From assembly GCA_002633005.1 (NCBI GenBank), contig NMRA01000473.1:185471-249470 (forward strand): 64,000 nucleotides of DNA, given 5' to 3'. The translations under genes were made by a program, and so were the position numbers. Origin of the DNA: Phoronis australis (Eukaryota > Animalia > Phoronida). A model generated the notes under the pieces. It saw only the letters and a list, made by a program, of their open reading frames with translations, made no database searches and was not told the DNA's origin. Shown here piece after piece: positions 49,829 through 61,880 of the stretch; within the stretch, counting starts at the first letter, position 1; every line of letters starts with the position of its first letter.

Positions 49829-51765
49829 TTAACATAGCCGGGTCATTAGGAATAGAGAAGGAAGGAAGGGGTGCCCCAAGAATGCTACACCCCACAATGT
49901 TATATTGGGAAGGTAGATGGCTTGCTTCTGTAGATTTCAAGAGATGGGACAAATTCTGTGTAGCCTGGCAGGCTATACCAATATGAAACTGTCTTACTTG
50001 AGGAAAACCATCATTTTTATAACATTTTCTGTTTATGGGTATAAGACAATGGTCTTCTGGTACTTACGGTGTATTAATACCTGGCTATGTGGCATGCTGG
50101 ACAGTGCAGGTAGAGTTTATGACCATTGACTTTCGTCATGTTTATTTTGTGGTGGGGTGTTGTCAATATATATGTACTAGTAACAGAAATGTGTGCCAGT
50201 AAAAGTTGGATCCAACTGAATAGAGGGATTAAAATAGAGTTGGTTGAAATCTGACTTTAGCTGAATTGGAGTGAATGTACCCGTACAGCAACTTTATCCC
50301 ACCACCTAGTTTATGTTAAGGTGTGTTTTAGTGCGTGATGGTGACATTTTGAAATAAATCGAAACTTTTGTTATTGTTTTGAGATAATTACCGTATCTCA
50401 ATGTGTTGTTTATGTAAGTGTGAACATTTTTGTTGTTCTTCTCCTTCTGGATGGACAATCAGGTTGACTTGTTGTTGACAGAAAATAAGTCTGCCATTCC
50501 GCACATCATTGTAAGATTTAAGGGGCACATTGATTGATGTAAAAATTGATATTGCGAACGCCTTTTTAAAACTATAGAGCCGCCTATATATACGTGTGTG
50601 TTTGTTGCAGTCGTCGTGTTCCTTTACAACTGAGTGTATGGCACAACCGTTTAAATTTTGAGACTATGCAGTTTCAAATTGTACAAGCAACTAGTTCACT
50701 ACGCTAAGATGATTTAGGTACTAGGACAAGTAATACCGGAGAGTATAACTGAAGTAACATTTCCTTGAGACACCTCAGCACCCCGTACATGCGTTTTATT
50801 TTTGAAAAAAACGTCTGCAAATCGATGTAATTACTATGATTTCATGGTATAACCTAAAGTTGACAATGCCAATCACCTTTCGGGAAAATAGGTCCGTGTA
50901 AGTGCGTACTTCGACCTCCCGAGTCCGGCTTCGGACCGCCCAAGCAGTGGTGTTCGAAATTTTAGTTAAACTTGTCGAATTTAGCTGAGTGAGCCCTTTG
51001 GAACCATTTATTGTATAGAACTACAGGATGAATGACAACGGACAAAAAATAAACTCCCCTACAAACCCAAACTAAAACTTTGGGAATGCAGTGATTTAAG
51101 TGGCGGCCCCGTTCAGTCGACAGCTGGTCATCTGGTCAATTTATAAACAACTGAAACATAGGTTCTATACAATTATAACGAAGAAAAAAGGTTATGGACT
51201 GTATATTCCTACGTAGTACAAAGGAAATATTTTCCAAGCTTTCTGAAATGTCTATATTTATTGATTGTCTTTCCAACTGAGCCGGCAAAACCTCGCAGGC
51301 CCTATCAGCACTCCATGAGAGTTTCAGCCAAAGCATAAACAACTTTGCCTGTTCAATGGCTCATATGGCCGTTTAAAGCAATGCGTGGGTCACAGGTTTA
51401 CATTGCTTTATGTTACAAGTATTTTGAAACCTAGTTAGCATTTCAAATTTCCAATTTTGTTTGCAAAATTTCCAGGCTTCCACAAGGCGGTCGTGCTTTT
51501 GTTTACAAATCGTCCGTTACCAATATGGTGGACCACGTGTCACGCGCTGTCTGGCTAGTGAGTAGTGTCGTGTCGTCTCCACCTCAGAGGTTAAAACTTC
51601 CCGTCCGCATTACATGGGTTCTCTTTCGAAAGTCAACTATTAAATATTTATATTCCCTATTTTACAGAGTCGACATTATGGTCCTGGGTGGGTGGTCTTT
51701 TCCCCGAAGCCGCCGCATAATTCGCTAAAAGCTCGGTTACAAAGCTTTTGTTTATTTCAGAATAT

Positions 51766-51815
51766 ATGTGTGTGTGTGTGTGTGTGTGCGTGCGTGTGCG
51801 CTCGCGCGCGCGCGC

Positions 51816-51884
<69 letters not shown>
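51766..51884. repeat. (TG)n microsatellite with a (CG)n interruption
   Basis: Direct reading. Confidence 0.98.
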
Positions 51885-51887
<3 letters not shown>

Positions 51888-52189
51888 AATTGATTAAACA
51901 CACGACACTTCGTTATTCACAGTCTTTATCCCATTTTGTTCATATGGTCGGATTAAAACTCTACTATCAACGGAACATTGATGAAGTAACTGACCAAGAG
52001 ACATGATTAAAAGGTACACGATTTTTGAAACATACTTGTTTCATTCTAAAGTGGAAATAAAATGACGCAGTAATGTCACTACTGAGCATAAGCTGGAGAC
52101 ATATATAATGGAACACGGCAGGTGTGAAATATTGCAAAGAATGACAAATGAAGAGGGGTAACATGAAAGTCACGCAAACAAGTGCAACG

Positions 52190-55100
52190 TGCGGCGCGAC
52201 CCTGTTTGTTGATCATTCAAAAAAGGCTTCTCAAATGCAATTAAAAGGGACTCCAATACTTACAATAGCAGCACATCGTGCTCTACGTACCAAATTGACG
52301 TGTTTTCCACGATTCCTTTACGGGTAATTTTACGTTCGTGACATAACAGAATGATCTTGGATGGTGCCATTTTGATGAAGCATAGATAACAGTTGGGAAA
52401 GACTGCAAACCGTTTGACCACTGTAACATTGTTTGGCGTTTCAAAGCAGAAATTCGTTTAAAAGGCTTACAAACTCATAAACAACACTACACTGGACAAC
52501 GGGAGGGACGTTCTCTTTAGAATTTTTTTCATGGACAAGTTGCGGACTTCCTTTTCCGATAATAAATAATAATGTCGACGTAATCATAGGGCTTATAAAC
52601 TTTAACATTATCCCTAATAATTTTTTAATGGCGTGTTCTTCCTGTAGGTAATTATTAGACACGACATTTTTGTAAATACCTTTTGGTAACACCGGTCCAA
52701 CCTGCAGGGACTTCACAATTAATTCTGGACATGAATCGCCCCATTTACTCCCAAATTCTTACTTAGTTGCAATTTTCATTTATATCATGTGCCTTGACAC
52801 TTTATTAAAGAGTTTTGACCATTTTAATGGAAAAGTTGTTATTTGGGTTCATATTGGGGTCATTTTTAATCGTCCCATTAATGGGACAGCGGGAAAAAAT
52901 GGGTGCTTTATACAACAGAAAAGCAAATTTATTTTTTACACAATTCCAGTTCATTTTATTACTTTATATGGATTAACACATTGTTTTCATGCATATAAAA
53001 TGAACAAGAACTTATCATATTGACAATTATGACTTATTTTAAGACAATTATCGCTAACCAACAGTTTTTGAAATATTGCGTACTGCACAGTTTTATTTCG
53101 TAGTCGGCCACAGTAACACGTGGTTATGACGGCATTGAGGCTGAGTAATGTCACTGGTGGTATGCAACAAAGCGTGTGTCATGCAGGTTCGCATCACACT
53201 TGCTGCAGGCTTTTGAGGTTTTCTTTCCACAGGCAAAACAGCGACGCTGAGTAGGCCGAGTGATGATATAGTGCTCAGTTTTGTCCATACGAACTTCATC
53301 AAGGACATTCTTAGAAAATGGTGTCGCACTTCTTGGTCTTCCCATCAGCTTAGCTGTTTGCCGTCCTTTGGCAAGGTACACACGGGCGATGTCTCGCCTG
53401 ACGTCAAGCAGATCCTTGGGTTGTTGTTTGGCAGCTGGTGTGGCGAGGTACAAGTGCCACGCTTGCTGAACACAAACATCCAGAGGATATGCAAAAATGC
53501 ACCTCCACCACTTCTTAGAGCGTACACTAACTCTTTACTTATCCACATTCTGGTCCATTCTATCAACCCCTCCCATGGTGTTGTTCTAATGTTTAATTAC
53601 AAATGGCTGGGAGATTTTCACTCTCTTCTTCTCGGCCCTGGACCGTCGTTGGGGTTGGTGGACGGGCTTTACTCCATGGATATTTGATGCTATATTTACA
53701 ATGCTGTTTTTCCAGCGAACTACCATTAGCATGTTTAAATTGTCCAGGGCAAAATCGTAGTACCCACGCGGCTTCGATTGCATCTCTTTCATTGGCAAGA
53801 GATGACAATCGCCGACACGATTTGCACGTATGGTGCCAGCTCGTCAATGAGAGGGAAGGACGTAAATAAATTGTCGAAGGTTAGATGGTAGCCGTTGTCC
53901 AAGACCACACCACCTCCCATTCCAAATGCAGCAGATTCAGTTGCTTGCCTCTCGTTTTTCCCTTGATACGGTTCAAACTGGACAACGTATCCCAGTGGTG
54001 TTGTTAGAGCCCACTTTTTGAAACCGAATCGTATTGGCTTCCCTCTAATGAACTGTTTGGCACCATGCCGGCCATAATACGGTATCATACTCTCGTCAAT
54101 AGACAAGTTTTGTTGTTTGGTGAAATTGTTATACACCTTTCGTTGATGGCTGATAACAGGGGCCTCACCTTTGCCATGTTGTCTGTCACATCGAGAGAGT
54201 CGTTGTCTGCTAGATGGAGGTACTTCATTATTTCGTCAAAGCGATTTCTTGACATGGTGCTGGCCACGGCCTCATTTCTCACACCATCATCCAGTGACCA
54301 GTACATACGCCGGCGAGGAACGGGAGAATAACCAGATACCAAAAGGATTCCAAGGAAGCTACGCATCTTATCAGCGGTCACTTGAAATGTATGATTACCT
54401 TTGGATGCAGCATATTTGATAGTTTGCACAACTAGTAACTCAATTACATCTTGATCAAAAAAAGTTCAAATAACCCGGTTGGTGTTTGCGGCAGACTTTC
54501 ACCATCAAAATAAACTGGCTGCCACGCAATTTTATCTGACTTTGGGATATCTTCTTCGGACCAGGATCTGGCAACTTTCTGTGTTGGCTTCGGCTTACTG
54601 CTTACTTTTCGTTTCTTTGGAGCAGGCACAACAGATAAATCATCACCATTGGCATCTTCTTCTACTTCTTCTTCAACTTCCTCAACAACATTCACATGTC
54701 TTCGTTCATTTTGTACCAAAGTCACAGACGCAGTAGAAGTCAATAGGCGAGGCTGCAAGTTGTCGACATTCCCACTACCATCTTCATCACCACTGTCCTC
54801 ATCAGTTATGTTGCCTTCATCAGGAGGATCAATGAAAATATCAATCCTTTGGAAGTGCTGATCATCTTCCAACATTGAAATTGCATCATTTACAGTGAAG
54901 AGTCTGCAAAAAATATGAAAAAATTTCAATGCTGATCGAAGGTCTGGTGCACACATTTGATCCCGTTGTCCCTTTAATGGGACGGATTTAAAAATAAGTT
55001 ATATGTAATTAGCACAACATAAAACCACTGAGCAATCTACAATGGTGTTAATTCATATTTGTAAAATTTCATAGCAGTTGTTCAAGTAATAATAACATAA

Positions 55101-56930
55101 AATGAACTTACCTTTGAGTCATTTGTGTTCCACATGGATGGCGTGGCGTCACAATAACGCCTTTGTGATGCAATGAAGGGGAGATCATTGTAATTAGTGA
55201 CATATATTGTTTCAGTTACTTGCATGGATGGAAGTCATTATGAATCAGCTCCACAACTATGTCAATATTTAGTTTTATACAGAGTTTTAAAGGGTGTCCC
55301 AATAATGGGACATTGGGTTGAAATGGGTTAACAAAAGCATTGGTGTACCCATTATTCAGCAGTGTTTATCTTATGCGATCTTCCTCTTGAGTAAAACATA
55401 GCCAGTTGGACGACACCGAATACGCCCTCTTTAGGAAGTTGACCACAACGGCGACCTTACGCCGCTCAGGGCACTCACTTCTGGCGTGAAGACAGAAAAC
55501 CTTTATCAGTAGACTTGTGATAAACTGATATAGACAATTCAAATGGAGAATGGTTCACAAGCACGTCCATACCGGAATCTTGTCATTTACAGGAAGCTCG
55601 TGGGTAAACTTCAATACAGAGTGACGCTCAAGTTCATCAAGCACTGATAACAAGTCATCAAAAGCACAATAAACAAAAATATCATCTACAAATCGTACAT
55701 AGATATAGGAATACCAACAATCACATTGCTAGCCCTTTTTTCAATTCAGACATATAAATGTCCGAAAAAGTGGGACCCAGAGGAGAGCCCATGTTCACGC
55801 CATCTTTTTTGTAGAAACAATTTTCCATTTATATGGCGAAATGGTACTTTGGTTGTGCAGATGGTCAACAACTCTCTCACATGAGTTGGTGAAATGTCGG
55901 GTGGCTTTAAATGTGGGTGACGGTATACACTATCCAAAATGATAGCAATGGTCTCATCCACCGGTACGTTGGTGAACAAAGACTCGGCGTCAAGCGACAT
56001 AGGTTGGTAATGGGGGGATGGCACTTGTGTGCGCAAAATCTCAATGAAGTCTTCACGCGAATTAATGGAGTAACGACTCTGAATATATGGCTTTATGATG
56101 TTATCAAGATGCTTCGCTGTCTTGTACATAGGCTTCAGGACTTGGGATATTATCGGCCGTAGAGGAACATCTTGTTGTGTATTTTGGGGTTACCATAGAG
56201 ATAACCTTCGGAGTATTCACCTTCGATTTCAGAGAAAATGCGACGACCAGTCTCTGCATTTATAGCCTTAATGTGACGATTCCATTCATGTTTAAGCTCA
56301 ATGACGGGTGTCCGAATACATATTAATAGACTCAGTTTATCGGAATAGTCATCTTTGTTTAAAATAACATACTGAGCACAATTGTTGATGCGGTGGATAA
56401 AGATATTATCATTATTCTTGAGGCGTTTGGAAGCATCTAGTAGATTGGTGGAGAGAGCACACTGATGGTTTTTCCTGCGACACTTCGTGCCTTCATAGTG
56501 AAGCTGTTCTCGTATGTTAGGGTTAACACTGAGGAACCCATCAGGTTTCAGTCGCAACATATCATTATACAGATTTTCCAACTCAACATTCTTGTGATAG
56601 GTGTCAAATTTGGGTCTAACATGAAAATTCGTCGAACAATAGTAGCCTTCAGAGGATCTGGATCACCTCAATTAGTTTCAGATTTATTTTCTACGTTATT
56701 TATTTAAAGAAGAATGTCACCCGATTAAATTAGTCTTTTTACCATTTAATTGGTCTATATCCACATCACCTCGTATACATTAGATCTTACCTCACCGAGA
56801 GGAGTCGCGCTAACCTGTGAGGAAGGTAAGTAAACGACACAGCGACGTCAGTGGTTCTTCTGGAGTGTGGTGTATTGTTCCCGCTTGTGCGAACTGTGAA
56901 GCTGCGAGGAGAGCGGGCATTTACTGCAAA
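52190..56930 (-). mobile_element. Penelope-like retroelement (RT plus GIY-YIG pseudogene) interrupted by a piggyBac
   Basis: YLYGNPKIH..PLRP, SLDAESLFTNVPVDETI, GVSMGSPLGPTF, IYVRFVDDIF, LKFTHE, LLNNGYTNAFV (56580-55330). After the piggyBac: YKNVVSNNYLQEEHAIK, SVVYEF, YSGQT, NGTIQDH (52760-52250). Confidence 0.85.
52765..55327 (-). mobile_element. piggyBac transposon with a frameshifted PGBD3-like transposase
   Basis: Intact 5' end TTAA|CCCATTT (TTAA 55328-55331). Palindromic TGTCCCA..ATGGGACA motifs at ~52871, ~54966 and ~55295. Transposase motifs MSRNRFDEI..YLHLADN, SIDESMIPYYGRHGAKQFIRGKPIRFGFK, TFDNLFTS, MGGVD and a C-terminal Cys-rich domain; stop at 53151. The 3' terminus appears deleted. 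Confidence 0.92.
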
Positions 56931-58197
56931 CAAACACTTTTGCAGTGTACGTGGAGAGTATGCTAATAAATATATTTCTTTAAGGATATCTCAAACCTTA
57001 TTGGCACCAAAATTGGGCACAATAGTTCATATGTGTACAGCAAAATGCCTCATCTTAATTATCCGGGAACTTCAAATACAAAGTGCATACCGTGTGGTGC
57101 ATTTCGTTGTTGGTTTCTTTCAGTCTCCCCGCAGTGTGCGCCATATGTTTTGTACTACAGTGTGCTGATGACTTATTTTAATAGGTCAACTCCTCCCCGG
57201 ACCTACTTCAGTCGAAGCGTTGTCGCCCGATTTACAAATTTGTGATAATTAAGTTAATTACACATTGCAAATTTAGCTGATATTACGACTGAATGTAGAA
57301 GAAACTAACAAGGTAATAGCATTTTCAAGTCTGATTGACCATAAACAAGTTTTTACCAATATCGGATAATTTTCACGACTCGTAACGTTTGCGGCTTTTT
57401 CTCGGGCTTTGGCAAATCGACTTAATGTCAATTTAGGAACACCGAGTTCTCGAAAATGGCTCGGTGATTTTTATAGAAACGTTCTAATTTTAAGTATTCA
57501 ACAATCTCAAACACGATATTATGATTTTTCATTAAACGTCTAGTAAGATGGATGAATGAGATGTTTCATTAAAATCGACGAAAAGGGTTATTTTGCTATG
57601 AACAGTGAAATTTTTACTTAAAAAGGTGATAAAGTAATAATTATAATGATACATCAATATAAAAAATTTCTATAATCTCTGATCTTTTTTCTTTCCGAAA
57701 ATAAAAATTTTTTTTTGACTATGGGTAAAAATGAAAGTATTCAACTAAGGTTTGCTAAAACCTTCGCCATGGACATCAACGTGGAATGAAAAGCAAAAGA
57801 CAGTTGTGGTGTAAAAAGGACCATCCTGTGCCCTCCTTGAGAGGGCCAGTCTTCGTTGCTAAGTTATTTGACCTCAAAGGTATGACCAATCACGAGCAAG
57901 GTCAAGGATAGACTTGAGCAGTGTGGTATCTGCTGGGAAGTAGTGTGGGGCTTCACACAACGCCGTCACTGAATTCAGATGGTTTAATACCTGACGCGCC
58001 ATCCGTAGACGGCAAGCAAACGTCGTGATGACGTCAAGATGACGCAAGTCTTCATAAGATCTTCATGTACTACAAACGAAGCACCTGATTACTTATCATG
58101 GGCCGTTCGTGTGAAAGTGTCGACCGTAACTACGCTCGTTATTGCGAACAAGACGTCGCTCGTGTTTTACGACGGTAATCGTTCGCTCCGGAGAAAT

Positions 58198-59831
58198 TGA
58201 CCTATCGCAAGCTCCGCCCCCTTGCGAAAAGTCACGTGACACCCGACAAACAAACAAACAAGATGTCAGAGGCAAATACACTGTCGCTAAACGACGTTCC
58301 TGGTGAAATCCATGAGTGTTTTTGCCCCATTCCAAGACGCTTCGACAAAGACAACAGGCGATGCTTTTCAGCAGAGACTCGTACGGTCATAATGTGGGAA
58401 TTTATGAAGGCTACGATGAAAAAATAAGTGTTCGAGGAAAAGTATTTCGGAGCCAGCGAAAATCTGAAGGACCCCACACGGGGTTCACCTTCACCTGAAA
58501 ACTGATAAGGCCACTGATCCAATATGTTCATGCAAAGCTGGGTACGTCGAATTATCTGTATGATGCCATAGATTTCATGATATTTCGAACAAAATCAGTG
58601 AAGATTCACCGATATTTTTATTCTGCCGTCTGCTAAATTCCGCAAAATGAAAAGTAGGTCACAACTGATGGGATTCCCCGAGTAAAGTAAGTCGAGTCGA
58701 CAGCATTGTTTACACTTTTATAATCTTTGAGTGAAATATTTTGATTAAAAAATCAGGTTCATAGCTCAGGCACATACTCATTTTATTCTAGACAAGCAGT
58801 TAGCTTAGCTCCGGTAGATCTAGGGTTGTGTCCAAGTCAAATTAATGCATGGAAGTGGCCATAATTCAGTGCACGTATAACCTTTTGATGAATTTCATTC
58901 ACATTTTTTGTAGTTTCATTGCATAAAGGTAGCTTTCATTTAATTTTAACCGTAGCATGATCACTAAGGTGTGGTATGGTAACAAAAGATGACAAGTCTG
59001 GTGTAATGGCAAAAAGTGGCCATTTACAAAAATAACTAAAATTGTTTTTTGAAGCTTCATTAATCCAAGTATCATGTTTGAAAAAAACTACAAAATGAGT
59101 TCTGTCTAACTCTACAGATGTTCTAAACCAAAAGTAATTCAATTGTTTACTTTTTCGTGACAAAAGCTCGAACGACGCTTTGAGTTCAGTTGCGCCCCTC
59201 CCTGCATGTGCCGATCGAATCTGTCAATTTTGGTGAGAATTTCAGTTGATTGTCAGCTTACGAGTATATGAATAAAAAATGTACCTCTGCTGCAAAACAG
59301 AACGATGTCCATTATAGGTCGAAATAAATGAAAACTGATAAAAATGTCCTTAAAAACAACAATTTCCGGGGACTATCGCTAGACTAGTGCTGGGATCCAG
59401 CAGATGCCGAGACAAAGACGCCCAGACGAGTGAAACACCAGAGTCAAAATCAGATAGGCCTACACTATAGCCACCAATATATTTGCGTTTAACCTTCAAG
59501 TAATCCAGCAACATTGCCAAATTTAGCTGCTCACGTGTGGCCGTCCACACAGTTTGACTATCCATCGTTTACAGTCGGCTTAAGGAATACCCAAAAAGTG
59601 ACGGGATATTCCTCTCCAGCTGTACAACGACTGCCAGAATTGCACACGCCTTATCAACGCCGTTTCACCATTATTATCGCACATTTGTTGGGAGATAAGA
59701 TAAAATAAGATTTACCGACGTGTTGTTTGGCGGGTTAAATAGCGGTTTGGAAACGCAGACAAAGGTGTGTCAAGAATGCCGCGTTTTTATTTGTCAGTTA
59801 AGCCGTCAGTCATAATCCAGGGGATAGGTCA
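58198..59831 (-). mobile_element. ISL2EU/Harbinger-like non-autonomous element with THAP relic, copy 2 (inverted relative to copy 1)
   Basis: AT|TGACCTATC...GATAGGTCA|AT. Reverse-complement homology to 31892-33850 along its length. THAP relic MVKRR..GVCNSGSR...KLCGRPH..QLNL on - from ~59671. Confidence 0.8.
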
Positions 59832-60929
59832 ATTACGACCCAAATTTCCGATGAGAAATTGATCTGCAGGTCACATGAGCTCTGAAACAGTCGTACGCTC
59901 ATAACTTTGCGATCGTATTTTTCGCTCATAATTTTATTGCTATGTTGTGTAAATGGAATCGGTGGAGCGACCAGCACCGATCTACTTAGTATCTAAAATA
60001 TCGACTATTAGTAGCGGATGAAAATATTTGCAGCGTAGTGTACTTTTTCACTCGTTCGAATCGCATACGAGAGAACCATGGTGACAACTTATAGAGCGAG
60101 AAATAAGAGAGAAGAAGATAACTATACTAGTTTATTATGCACTAAACATGAAATACAAATCTACAAACTTACAACTCATCACTAACTTCTGTCGACATCT
60201 CAGCTTTTACTTATAACCCAAAAAATTTATAAGCAATAAAAATACGTCGAAAAACGTATTTAAGTCCAAATTAAAAAGGCCCAAATAGTTTGTTTGGTTG
60301 GGATTCCTTGCGGATAGGATCGAGACCTGGCAGAATCCGAAGTTTGAGCGTGTGGCGCACATTTTTATAGGCGTATTTGCACCGCGAACGTTCCACATTA
60401 CGTTAAAATAGGGGACTCAAGTTAAACGTAAAAAAACAATCAAAATGCAAAGTGAAAATTTCGTTATCGGAAGTACCAAATAAGGGACCAACATACACCC
60501 CTTAAAATATAATAAGACCCTCTAGCTTCTGGTACTAAACTTAGTCTTAACTGACGTCTCGACTTAACTCACGACTCCATCAATAGATAGCGCTCTCGTC
60601 ACAGTTGTAATTGGTTTGTTATGTGTCATGACATTTACTGTGATGTCTCGCTACTCACTGAGGTCTCATTGTATTTCTTGCCTTTGATGAATGTAGTATA
60701 AATTTGTAGTACTGCAGCCAAATAGGATTCTTAAAACAATTTTCTGTCATTTGTTCTTTTAACTATGTCGCTCGGAGAGCTCCTTCATAGACGCCATCCG
60801 CACTCGAGGAGTGTTGTAGACAATAGGAGAAATGCAGAAAGACGTTATCTAACAATCAATGTCGTATCTTTTTTTTAACGAACTCTGCACCAGCTAAGTA
60901 ATACTATATAGAGCGGCAGCCGTGTTCAT

Positions 60930-61262
60930 GTAGCCTACATTACGACCCCATTGCGGCATTTTTCCGTTGCTCCGAACTTGTTCGATTCTATAGCCCCAAA
61001 ACAGGTTGGGAAGTTTACCGCTGAAGCCAATATCTTACACGACTGATTTAATTAGTGTTTTTTACCGTCTTAATCGGTCCATATCCACATAACCTCGTAT
61101 ACGGTCGATCTTACCTCGCCGAGAGGTGTCGTGTTAACCTGTGAGGATGGTGAGAAACGACACAGTGACGTCAGTGGTTCTTTTGCACAGTGAGTACCGC
61201 TATGGTGTGGTGTATCGTTTCCGCTTTTGCGAACTATGAAGCTACGAGGAAAGCGAGTATTT
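60930..61262 (-). mobile_element. Isolated 5' region of a related Penelope-like element
   Basis: ~220 bp direct match to 56720-56922 (ATATCCACAT.ACCTCGTATAC...TCTTACCTC.CCGAGAGG...TAACCTGTGAGGA...ACGACACAG.GACGTCAGTGGTTCTT). Confidence 0.7.
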
Positions 61263-61524
61263 CGTTTTTCGATTTCCTAGAGAGCCCATAATGCTTCTGA
61301 AGTGGCTCGCGGTAGTCAGAATGAAAAGTACGCCGCTAATACCAAGTATGAGGCCGTGAATCTTCTCCGTGTCTTTCAGTGGCCTGCATTTCGTCGGATC
61401 TGTTCTTGATCAGTTTTTGATTATGGAGAATTGTAGTTGGCCATGAGAAGATAAACTATTACAATTAATTCAAGGCGTGAGAACACAACGTTTTATATGA
61501 TATATAACCTGTTTGATGACTGAC

Positions 61525-61880
61525 TCGTTCACGCTGAGGCTTCTATTTGGTCCTCTGGGTGTAGGATGTTTTCGCCAGTTCTTTTTGTAAGCCCTAAAAA
61601 ACGTCGTAAGCACGCCTCTGTTGAGATGAGGTGCAAAATCAGGATGGTTCGTGAGACACATCTGCGCTTCTCCAAGAGGCGTTTCACTTCCAGAATTTCG
61701 TCAGTAGTTTCCATTATCGTGCAGTTAGCTCACTGACACCGTGACAAGCCATTCAAATGGTATTTGGAACCTAGGACCAATGGGAACTAACCACATGTTC
61801 CGTTGTCTGCGCACGTTCACGGTGCCTCTCTATTATTTCTTGATCATCCGGTTCGAACTGATAGCCTGTGAAACCTAAGG
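61525..61880 (-). pseudogene. KolX / P2X7 C-terminal ballast-like protein relic (Kolobok accessory gene)
   Basis: GFTGYQFEP (GYQFEP at 61866..61849), then CQ*ANCTIMETTDE, then CLTNHPDFAPHLNRGVL. Matches the PY.FEP...C.C..C..M.T..E...CIT.HP.F...LN..VL pattern. Confidence 0.6.

Noticed and set aside
51692-52006. CV-repeat ORF
   Set aside because: It is the translation of the (TG)n microsatellite.
57165-57225. Hammerhead-like CTGATGA...GAAG with an internal TAGGTC/GACCTA stem
   Set aside because: The core reads GAAG rather than GAAA, the stem II register is off, and no stem I can be formed.
56720-61262. Direct repeats read as the two LTRs of one element
   Set aside because: There are no TG..CA ends, PBS or TSD. 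The copies are diverged and the sequence between them is unrelated repeats.
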